From: Hypanus sabinus
Lineage: Eukaryota
Assembly: GCF_030144855.1 (NCBI RefSeq)
Contig: NC_082720.1
Coordinates: 22,754,001-22,818,000 of the forward strand
Reading direction: 5' to 3'
DNA: 64,000 nucleotides
This document shows positions 53,601-64,000 of the stretch, in pieces (the first letter of the stretch is position 1; each line of letters begins with the position of its first letter). The translations under genes and the position numbers were made by a program. The notes beneath the pieces are model-generated. The model did no database searches. It saw only the letters and a list, made by a program, of their open reading frames with translations, and was not told where the DNA came from.

Positions 53601-54690
53601 TATGAGGCTCCTATTTCTTTAATTCTCAAAAAGGATAAAGATCTTACTGATTGTGCCTCACACAGACCTATTTCATTATTGAATGTTGATGCTAAGATTC
53701 TTTCAAAGATAATGGCCAATCGGTTGGAGAGTTTTTGGGTAAAATCATTTTTAAAGATCAAACAGGCTTTATAAAGAGTCTTTTTCAAATGTTCGGAGAC
53801 TATTTATACACTCACCCTCTTCTAAAACTCCACAATGCGTTGTATCTTTCGATGCTGAAAAAGCATTTGATCGAGTCGAATGGAAGTATTTATTTAATGT
53901 TTTAGAAAAATTTGGTTTTGGTATTAATTTTAATAATTGGATTAAAATGATATATAAAGCTCCTATTGGTACTGTTGTCACTAATAACTGTAGGTCTCCT
54001 TTTTCTCAGCTATCACGGGGAACAGCACAAGGTTGTCCATTAAGTCCTTTGTTATTTAATTTAATATTAGAATCCCTTGTTATAGCTCTTCATGAAGCCA
54101 AATAATATTCATGGGATTTTTGTGAATGGGACCATGCACAAGATCTCTCTTTACGCTGATGATTTATTGATATATATATCTAAGCCTGAAGAATCTATTC
54201 CTGCTTAGCTAAAATTATTTGACAAATTTGGAGATTTTTCAGGATATAAAATAAATTTTAGTAAAAGTAAATTACTTCCTTTAAATGAATCTGTCTTCAA
54301 ATATGATAATATTCCTTTTCAAGTCACGGATTCTTTTAGATATTTAGGTGTCATAATTACTAAAAAATATAAGGATCTTTATAAAGCCAATTTTCCTCCT
54401 TTAGTCGACTATATGAAGTACTCATTTAGTAGATGGAGCCCACTTACATTTTCCTTGTCGAATGTATTCATGTAGTTAAAATGATGATTTTACCAAAAAT
54501 TTTTATATTTATTTCAGAATATTCCTATTTTTTTGACTAAGAAGTTTTTTGATCGGATTGATTCTATTTTTTTATCCTTTATTTGGGATAATAAAAAACT
54601 AAGAATTAGTAAATTTCATTTACAAAAGTTGAAAAAGGATGGAGGTCTGGCTTTGCCTAATCTAAGAATGTATTACTGGGCTGTTAATTT
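50660..54690 (+). mobile_element. L1-clade LINE, decayed, truncated at both ends
   Basis: ORF1 (DLETRSRQNNIRIVGLQEG, ERAY); ORF2 fragments (GGDFNCCL, SDHA, HRPISLLNVDAKILSK, DAEKAFDRV, YADD, GGLALPN). Confidence 0.85.
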
Positions 54691-54957
54691 GTGATATATA
54701 TATATAAAACACCTGTTCAGCGCTCACCTTATCTCCTGTGACTTTTATATTTTGATTTTATATTTTGTACACACTGAGAGTATGATGAACCATGTCTTTT
54801 AAGAGTAGTCTGAATGCTGATTCAACTGGAAGTCTGGGATGTCGTCCGAACGTCTATTCATATGGACTAAAACCAGTCATCTCGTTCCTAGTATAATTAT
54901 AAACATGGGCTAAGGGCTTCACAGGTTTTTTGCCAGTGACTTTTATCTTTTGACTCC

Positions 54958-57357
54958 AGGGTTGCGTACACCATGGGACTGCTAGGAGGGGAAGCCTTGG
55001 ACTGGGTAACCGCGATATGGGATAACCGACCAGAGGTTTGTTCCTCCTACCCCTCCTTTGCCGCTGAAATGAGGAAAGATGCGAAACGGTTGCTTACTCT
55101 TCGTCAGGCTTCGCGAAATGTGGCTAGGTATTCCACTGAGTTCCGGACCTTAGCCACAGACTCCGGGTAGAATGACGAGGCCCTACGGGAGGTGTTCATA
55201 CAGGGCCTCTCGGACCAGATAAAGGATGAGTTAGCCGTGAGAGACGACACGGACTGTCTGGACTGTCTCATCTCGCTAGCCATTCGATTAGATTATCGAC
55301 TTCAGCAGGGCCAGAGAGAGAGAGAAAACCAGTCACCCCGCTCTTCGGGGAAGCCCACAGTCCACCTTACCAGCCTCTGCCAGCCCCCCTTTCCCCAGCC
55401 GCTCCAGTGTGGCTCCTGCTACGACTGTCCCCACCCCCCTGGGGAAGGAACCGATGCAGCTGGGACGGAACCGTCTCTCTCCGGCAGAACGAGTTCGGAG
55501 GTGGAGAGCTGGGGATTTTTGTAGCCAGCCAGGACATTTCTGGGATACCTGCCCTCAGCGGCCAAAGGGGAGGGCTCACCAGTGAAAAAGGGAGCTCTGC
55601 TGAGCCGAAAGATACTCCCTTCAGCGCCCCAGACTCGGATGCAGATCCCGGCAACCGTGAATTACCAACAACACTCCCTGTCCCTATCCTCTTTGATGCA
55701 TTCCGGTGCTGTGGGTATTGAGAAATATAGCTGACGTGACCACTCATAACCACTATGTGTACCTGAAATATAATCACTATGTATTAGCTATTTACTATAC
55801 TATGTAATCACTTCTAGGTACCAAATATTAATACGTATTATTTTCTAGACACATTTTGTTATGTGTTGTTTTCACTAGATACTTTGTACTCTCTTAGCTG
55901 CATATTATGGCACTTACAGAACACCTGTTTGTTTTGCAGCACTATTAGCTGAGATGTATCCCATGTATTACACTCAACCTTTCTTTAGTACGAGATAACG
56001 GTGGCGGACAAGATGCTGCGAGCAGGAATGTAATGTGAGGGAGGTTGTCTGGAAAACATAATCTTGGCCACGAATAAGGTCTCAATGCGAATGGGTGAAA
56101 AATAATGGTGACGCACCGCGGGCTAGGCAAGAACGATTAATTAATTCATATATAAATAATATGCAATTAAAACTCGATTGGGTATGGCGATGAAACCGAA
56201 ATGTAACTGAGATAAGTAATTATTATAAAGAATGCTGTACACCGGAGCTCGGCGGGCTTTCGGTGACAAGTTCATTGATTGCCTCAGCCTTTGTTTGCAA
56301 ATAAAGGTTTAATTTTCTTGAAGAATTGTCTGTGCCTCCAGGTCATTTCAAGTAACCACGACAAGGGCTATCTGCTGGATGAAGAGATAGCCACCCAGGC
56401 CAGAATACATCCCGAGCCGGTAACCACCCCCCTGGGGGCCTGGGCCCTGGACGGAAAATTGCTGGCTCGGGTGACCAACTGTACGCCACCCCTGACCTTG
56501 ATCCTATCGGGAAACCATCGGGAGGAGGTACGATTCAGTCTCATTCATTCACCTCAAGCCCCGGTAGTTCCAGGGTATCCGTGGCTGACCCAACACGATC
56601 CCCATGTCGACTGGTCTACCAGGAGGATAGACGAATGGAGCCCGTCTTGCCACTCCAACTGTCTGCGGGCGGCCCCATCACCCGGAGAAGCCACTGCGAC
56701 CCCGCCTGTTTTGGAACCCCTTGACTTGTCCCCGGGACTTGACTTGGGACAGGTGTTCAATAAATAACAGGCCCTTTCCCTGACTCCACACCGCCCATAA
56801 GATTGTTCCATCGACCTTCTCCCCGCGGCACCGCTACCCACCAGTCGCCTTTTTAACCTATCCCGACCGGAGAGAGACCATGGAGAAAAACACTAGCGAG
56901 TCCCTCGCGGCGGGCATTATCAGGCCTTCATCCTCCCCGGTAGGCGCCAGTTTATTTTTTATAGAAAAGGACGGGACTTTTCGCCCTTGCATCGACTACC
57001 GAGGTCTAAATAATATAACAGTTAAGAACAAGTACCCTCTACCCCTCTTTAGTTCGGCATTTGAACCACTGCATGGAGACACCATCTTCTCCAAGCTGGA
57101 CCTTGCAACAGCCACAGCAATCCAAAGATCTGGGGTAGGAGAAGAGGACCTGGAATCTGTTTACAGCCCTCGCTAAACTCTCTTCCTCTCACGAAACCGC
57201 GGATCTTCTCGTCCGCCACGTCTTCCGCCTCCATGGAATCGCCGCGGACATTGTCTCCGATCGAGGTCCCCTGTTCCTCCCACAGGTATGGAAGGCCTTC
57301 TGTCAAGCCTTAGGTGCATCGGTCAGCCTGTCATCCGGCTTCCACCCCCAGACGGTT
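54958..57357 (+). mobile_element. Sushi-like (chromovirus-lineage) Gypsy internal fragment, deleted
   Basis: gag ([33 protein letters not shown]); protease (ALDGKLL, LGYPWL-like); RT N-part ([31 protein letters not shown]) joined directly to integrase (VFRLHG..IVSDRGP, SGFHPQT). Confidence 0.85.
55710..56363 (+). mobile_element. Solo-LTR-like insertion within the sushi protease motif
   Basis: tgtggg...aataaagg...aaccacgaca interrupts DSGA|EGYLLD; no clean TSD. Confidence 0.55.
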
Positions 57358-57384
57358 AGTTCCACCTTGTCCTTGCAACAAAAA

Positions 57385-58975
57385 GTGTGTCTAGAGCCAG
57401 AGGAGATAGTGGAGGTACTTAATGAATACTTTGCTTCAATATTCACTACAGAAAAAGACCTTGGTGATTGTCGGTCTGACTTACAGCAGACTGAAAACCT
57501 TGAGCATATAGACATTAAAAAAGTGGATGTGCTGGAGCTTTTGGAAAGCATCAAGTTGCATGTCACAGGGACCAGATGAGATATACCTCAAGCTACTGTG
57601 GGGGGAGATTGCTGAGCCTCTAGCAATGATCTTTGAATCATCAATGGGGTCAGAAGAGGTTCTGGAGGATTGGAGGGTTAAAGATGTTCCCTTATTCAAG
57701 AAAGTGAGTAGAAGCAGCCCAGGAAATTTATAGACCAGTGTGTCTTACTTCAGTGGTTGGTAAGTTGATGGAGAAGATCCTGAGAGACAGAATTTATGAA
57801 CATTTGGAGAGGCATAATCCAATTACGAATAGTCAGCATGGCTTTGTGAAAGGCAGGTCGTGCCTTGTGAGACTGATAGAATTTTTTGAAAATGTGACTA
57901 AACACATTGGTGAAGGCAGAGCAGTAGATATAGTGTAGATGGATTCAGCAAGGCATTAGATAAGGTACCCCATGCAAGGCTTATTGAGAAAGCTAGGAGG
58001 CTTGGGATCCTAGGGGACATTACTCACAGAAGTCAAAGGGTTGTTGTAGGTGGGTCATATTCTGCATGGAGGTCGGTGACTCAGGGATCTGTTCTGGGAC
58101 CCTTACTCTTCGCGATTTTTATAAATGAAGTGGAGGGATGCGTAGTAAGTTTGCTGATGACACAAAGGTTGAGGTGTTGTGGATAGTGTGGAGGGCTGTC
58201 AGAGGTTACAGCGGGACATTGATAGGATGCAAAACTGGGCTGAGAAGTGGCAGATGGAATTCAACCCAGATAAATTGAGGTGGTTCAGTTTGGTAGGTCA
58301 AGTATGATGCCAGAGTATAGTATTAATGGCAAGATTCTTTGCAGCGTGGAGGATCAGAAGGATCTTGAGGTCCGTGTCCATAGGACACTCAAATCTGCTG
58401 CGCAGGTTGACTGTGTGGTTAAGAAGGCATACAGCACATTAGCCTTCATTAACTGTGGGATTGAGTTCAACAGCTGAGAGTTAATGTTAGATCTGTATAG
58501 GACACTGTTCAGACCCCACTTGGACTATTTTGCTCAGTTCTGGTCGCCTCATACAGAAAGGATGTGGTAACTATAGAAAGGGTGCAGAGGAGATCTAAAA
58601 GGATGTTGCCTGGATTGGGGAGCATGCCTTGCGAGAATAGGTTGAGTGAACTTGGCTTTTCTCCTTGGAGCGACGGAGGTTGAGAGGTGACCTGTTAGAG
58701 GTGTATAAGATGGTGAGAGGCATTGATTGTGTGGATATTCAGAGGCTTTTTCCCAGGGCTGAAGTGTCTATCGTGAGAGGGCACAGTTTTATGGTGCTTG
58801 GAAGTAGGTACAGAGGGGATGTCAGGGGTAAGTTTATGTAGAGAGTGGTGAGTGCATGGAATGGGCTGCTGGCATCTGTGGTGGAGGTGCATACAACAGG
58901 GTTTTTTAAAAGATTCCTTGATTGATACATGGAGCTTAGAAAAGCAGAGCGCTGTGGGTAACCCAATGAATCACT
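57385..58975 (+). mobile_element. Decayed CR1 LINE 3' portion
   Basis: LTSVVGKLMEKILRDRIY, SQHGFVKGRSC, fragmented RT and C-terminus. Confidence 0.85.
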
Positions 58976-59727
58976 GGCCTCTTCAGCGCCTGTGACATGA
59001 CTTCTGGGATCGTTGACATTTGATTGCAGAGTGTCTTCAACCTGAACTCAAACGACTGCCCAGACTCTTACTACCCCTGACTATTAATGTCCTGGCAGGC
59101 TCCATTGCTTTTTAAATCTGGCGCTACACACAAGAATCAGCATGCATGTTATGCATCTGTTCTTTTGACAGGTGGAATGGATATTTAATTATCTTCTCTT
59201 TGTACTCAGGATTAATGAAGAGAATCAACCAACCAAACCCATTGGTGCACTAAGCCTGCACTTAATGTCTACCACAAACTTGTACACGTGCTGCTTTAAT
59301 TCCATTTTCTTTATTAGGTTTTCATCAACAACCCTTCCTCCCCAGATTCTACTGTTCACTTACACACCAGACCCCACTTAAAGATGCTAATTAATCTACC
59401 ACCCTGTTTTTCTTTATGGGAGGAAACCTGAACAATCCCAGGGAGAATATGCTAACTCTGTAGACAGTACCCTCGGCCCGAGCTCAACTCTGGCCTTGTG
59501 AGATAGCAGCTTTCACTGCTGTGCCATTATACTGCCAAAGAAGTTTGGATAAGGAGTTTTTCAGAGAGCTATAATCTTGTATTTGTACTGGTATGGGCCA
59601 GGTATCAGCCTGCTTCTGAAGGTGCAAGGTTCAAAGAAGTAATCAAAGAAGACTAGTAACAGTATTTTCATGACTTCCCGGTGAAATAGTGTAATGAATT
59701 TTCCTGCTCTTTTAATCATTTCTCCAG

Positions 59728-59805
59728 TACAGAGAACTGCTGAGTGCATTGAAAAGCAAGATGGTGTTCAGGCATCCTCTGGTGTAGCAAGACCTAAACA
59801 AAGTG
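59728..59805 (+). CDS. Candidate 78-nt exon upstream of the FAM193 exon
   Basis: tttctccag | ... | gtaagg; phase 1-1, QRTAECIEKQDGVQASSGVARPKQS; would join as ..KQS-D-DVFLPK. Sequence not recognised. Confidence 0.35.
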
Positions 59806-60369
59806 GTAAGGAATCATCAGTAGAAAGAAATTCTTGATATTGTTACTCCTTTTATTTTAAAATTTAAAGCCCATCTTTCTAGTCCTTTCATGACCAAGCG
59901 GGTGTTCTTTTTTCTTGAAAAGGTAACTTGGATTACCAAATTTTCATAACAGAGTTTCATTGAGACTCCACATTTAAATGAAATTCAATAAAAACTGCAG
60001 ACGCTGAAAATTGGAAATGTAAATGGAACAACTCAGCAGGTCAAGAGAGGGGAATGTTGGGGGACAGATGGGTAAAACAAAGGGAGTATCTCAGACCGTG
60101 GAAGAACAAAATGGGTTAATGTGGCATTTAGAGACACATTATTGTACTTTGCTCAGCATTTCTAATTGCAGGGTTGTGAGATATGCCTTCGAGGTCAGAT
60201 GTACTAATGAGGAAAGAAAAACTGAGTCAAAATGGATGAGCAGGAATGCCATGTTCTGATGTGCACAGTAAAAGTAAGTGAGTTAGCTAAATCTGGAGAG
60301 AAGTGCAGTATATCCAGACAGATGATCTGTTGTTCTTCAGGCTTGCATTGGGTTTCAATTCCACAAAGA

Positions 60370-60700
60370 CCATAAAACAGTAGAGCAAGGCCATTTGGCC
60401 CATTAAGCCTGCTTTGCCATTTGATCATGGCTGATTTATTTAACATCTCAATCCCCTTCTGCCTTCTCCCCTGGCATCTTTGGTGCCCTTACTAATTAAG
60501 AACCTATGAACAGGTTTCAATGTACCCAATGACTTGGATCTCCAGAGCCATCAATGGTAATGAATTACACAGATTCAACTCCCTCTGGCTAAAGAAATTC
60601 CCCTTCATCTCTGTTCTGAAGGGATACCCTATTCTGACACTACGCTATCTCATCCTGAACTCTCCCATGACTGGAAGCATCCTCTGCATGTTACTATCTC
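60370..60700 (-). mobile_element. CR1-derived 3' fragment
   Basis: ggccatttggccc..catggctgat..ccacag..ctctggctaaagaaattcc motifs. Confidence 0.55.
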
Positions 60701-60910
60701 ATAATGTTCACACCATTTAAACTTGTATTAGCAATTTAAGACATATTTATGAGCATTGACAGTTGTTTGTGATGTCAGCATTCTGTTATTAATAATCCTA
60801 ATCTTAAATTTAAAGCTTCTGGCTTGCTTTAATTTAATTGCTGCATGTAGCACTTAATAAATACAAGATAAAGATTATATCCTTACTAAGTAGCTCTTTT
60901 TGTTTCTCAG

Positions 60911-60992
60911 ATGATGTATTTCTCCCTAAAGACATTGATTTAGACAGTGTGGAGATGGATGAAACTGACCGTGAGGTGGAACATTTTAAGAG
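60911..60992 (+). CDS. FAM193A: FAM193-family C-terminal-domain exon (A-like; paralogue assignment uncertain)
   Basis: tgtttctcag | (D)DVFLPKDIDLDSVEMDETDREVEHFK(R) | gcaagt. Matches the recalled FAM193 C-terminal motif DDVFLPKD..MDET.REVE.FKR; the DIDLDSV form is A-like. Confidence 0.72.
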
Positions 60993-61559
60993 GCAAGTAA
61001 AAAGAGGAATTAATTGTCATGAGAGTTCCAGCACAGATGAGGGCAGGCACTGGTTTTCCACGTGTGTAAAGGAGATGATCCCTGTCAGCAGAAGCTTTCA
61101 GTTAAATTGACTTTTCTTTATTTTCAATGAGTAATGACAGAAAGTAACTTATAATAAAATAACTTTGATTTCTTTCTATATTTGTCTCTGTAATCTGCTT
61201 TTCTTCCATTTACAGTACAGTTCTGTTGTTTCTCTGGCTCATTCTCTTGTTGATGTTTGATGCTCCAGTTTGCTCTTTCCTGTGCTCAAGCCCCATTCTT
61301 CTTTATTTCTTTATCTCTTTACCTGAATATCACTTGCTGTATTGATCTTTGTCTCTCAATATCGTCTTTAATTCTCTCTTTTTTTCCCCTGTTGTTCTCA
61401 CTCTAAGTATCTCATCACACTTGACCACACTGTGCTGTCAGTAGTGTTGACACCAGTGGAGCAAATTGAAATTTCAATAGAAATAACATAAGTGTAAAGT
61501 TTGGAAGTTTACTAAATGTTTTTTGAGCAGACAAGTCGGATGAAATGTGGAATAGGATA

Positions 61560-61768
61560 CAGGTGCCCCCCCCCCCTTACAAAGGTAGAGCATTCCTATG
61601 AAACCTTTCTTAAGCTGAAATGACGTAAAGCAAAGAACCATTAATTTATATGGGAAAAATTTTCATAAAAGCAAATCCTCTTTGTAATGCAAAAACAGGT
61701 TACTAATGTAGATCTTTAGTAGAAGCGAAGTGGCGTAAAGCGAACATCCGTAAAGCTAGGGACACCTG
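61560..61768. mobile_element. Tc1/mariner (pogo/Tigger-like) MITE
   Basis: TA|CAGGTGCCCC...GGGACACCTG|TA: imperfect TIRs with TA TSD. Confidence 0.72.
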
Positions 61769-62289
61769 TAGTTGTTTGCTCATTAAAGTGACAGTAAGGC
61801 AGGGCAGTCACATTTCATGGCACTTGAGGATAGTCTCTCATGCAGTGAACTGCAAATGGGACTAACTTTTAAGAGAATATCTTGCTCTTAAATCTAAATA
61901 AAATCAACCAGCATAAAAATCAAATAAACATTTAATGTTTTGGACTTTGCACTGCCTAGAGTATAGCTTAAATTAGCCCCTTTGACAAGATGTGTTTAAT
62001 AACTACAGTCCTAATAATGTGTCCATAGAACTGGAGTAAAGGAACATTACCTGTAGTCATCTCTGGGAACGTAATTCATTGATAAATCAAAGACTGCATA
62101 TGAAAATTACAGAAAATTGTGTTTCTTCAATTGGGAGGATAGACCATGTGCCTTTTTGATTTTCATTTCTCTTCCCAGTTCTAATGCTGAGACTTTTGAA
62201 CTTAACATTTATAAAATTGGAGGAAAAATTGAATTGCTTCCTCATAAAATTGATATCTAGGTCAGTGCAGTCTTCCTGATTTGAATTTG

Positions 62290-63160
62290 GAAGGCATTCA
62301 AAACAGGAAAGTTTTCAAAACATTCAAAAACAGGAAGACAAAAATGGGAATCTGATTTGAATGTTAAAATTGATGGAAAAAACTGGTCAAGATTATGTTT
62401 GGATAGTATGAGAAATACAATAAATGTTCGACTTAGATTAATACAATGTAATTTTTTACATCAATTATATATAACACCACAGAAAATAAATAGATTAAAT
62501 TCAAATATATCTGACCAATGTTTTCGATGTAATCAAGAAATTGGTACTTTTTTACATTCTACTTGGTCTTGTTTTAAAATTCAGCCATTTTGGTTAAATT
62601 TAAGACTTTTATTGGAACAAATTATTGGAGTACAACTCCCACATAGTCCTTTATTATTTTTATTAGGGAAGGAACAATAACGAAACTTAAATTGAATAAG
62701 TATCAGAAAAAATTCATAAAAATTGCATTGGCAGTAGCCAAAAAAGTTATCGCAGTTACCTTGAAATCTTATCTATATTTAACTATGGATCGTTGGAATA
62801 ATGAAATACATAGTTGTATTTCACTCGAAAAAATTACGTATAATCTAAGAAATGAATATGATATATTTTTGAAAATTTGGATTCCATACTTACAAAAAAT
62901 AGGATTAAATACATAGGTCCTTTGAAGATAAAATTATAGTAATTGGGGAAAGTAAAAATAAATATCAAAATTATTTTGAACTCCATGGAGCATGTGGGGA
63001 TCCTCCGATATCCAGGCAATCTTTCTCTTCTTTCCTTTTTTTTTCTTTCTTTAGATAAGGGTTAAGGGGGGGAGGGTCAATATTATTTTTCTTACTACTT
63101 TATTACCACATTTATTCTTTGTAATTTCTAAAATTTAATAAATAAATAATATTAAAAAAA
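62290..63160 (+). mobile_element. 5'-truncated L1-clade LINE 3' end
   Basis: RLIQCNFLHQLYITPQK..QCFRC..GTFLHSTWSC (L1 C-terminal zinc knuckle); aataaataaa..aaaaaaa tail. Confidence 0.85.
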
Positions 63161-63419
63161 CGGAAAGTTTATGGGGAAATTGCTGAGGACATTTGAAATT
63201 GGCTTGAAGGAAAATAATCAGATTTTTGTATGTCTTAATTTAGCTAGCTAAATTTTTGACAGCAATAGATGAAAGCTCGTACAATGCTACATGGAAAATG
63301 GCTCAAGGCAGTTAATTGAGTGCAGGCAACTGCATTGGTGCTTATTTTAAACACTACCGGGTAGTGGTGATCTGCCCATTGTAGGAGGTGCATTGTTGCA
63401 ATGGAAGCCTTATTTCAGC

Positions 63420-64000
63420 TGTAACCCCCTGGGTCGCCTCAGGCTCGCTCAGCTCGTTTCGTCTAGGGGGAGCAGCCTTCGGCCCCGCCAAACTGGGTAA
63501 TCAGCTGGTGTGGATGCTGTGTGATGTCCCCGCCTCGCCCAAAAACAGACAGTACACCATATGCGATTAAATGAGTACAATTTATAAAGGTTACTATAAC
63601 TAAGTGATTAATAACGATACAGTATATATGAAGAGAAAATTAAAGAAAAGGCGCCAAACTTATCAAAGTCCAAACCACTTCGTGCACAACCGTTGGAGCT
63701 CAATTTCTGAAGTCTTCTGGCCACCATTCGATCCCCTCCGAACTCCTCGACTCGCAGCTCAGGACCCTCCAAACTCCTCGACTCTCCAAACAGCTCAGGA
63801 CCCTCCGAGTGGTCAACCAAGCACATCTAGCTTCATCCCCCCCCCTCCTCGGAGAATCTCCCGGCCTCGGACCCCCCTTTGGGGTCCGATCCTCGCCCAG
63901 CTTAGAGCATTGCGTCCTCTCTCTCGACCCCCTCGCGCCGATCTGCCCAAAAGCCCGTCAACAAAAGCTTACAGACTCAGAAGAAAGAACATTAATCCCC
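63420..64000. mobile_element. Probable LTR, running off the window
   Basis: Abrupt tgtaac start of a GC/CpG-rich segment with an internal ctcaggaccctcc duplication. Confidence 0.5.

Overview
Vertebrate genomic DNA, most likely from a cartilaginous fish (inferred from the repeat families), about two-thirds transposon-derived, with two N gaps (15797-15960, 23428-23564). The host content is a tandem cluster of TIM/HAVCR-like (T-cell Ig and mucin domain) gene copies on the minus strand. Two copies have an intact 52-nt leader exon and a 348-nt six-cysteine IgV exon with the phosphatidylserine-binding GWFND motif (29724-28817; 48533-47425). One copy was inactivated by three deletions (~39.8-40.7 kb), and one decayed IgV exon is interrupted by a CR1 (~0.7-1 kb). 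There is also an 84-nt mucin exon (2692-2775) and two paralogous 27/28-nt micro-exons. I found no transmembrane exon. A FAM193-family exon with a GC donor lies on the plus strand at 60911-60992. The repeats include a nested Rex1 > L1 > (Gmr1-like LTR, RTE) stack, two non-autonomous SCAN-gag LTR elements with a tRNA-Pro PBS, a decayed Buster-type hAT, a 3.95-kb solo LTR swollen by an 18-bp minisatellite, a sushi-type Gypsy, CR1s, further L1s, a SINE and a MITE. All alignments and counts were done by eye and no database searches were run.
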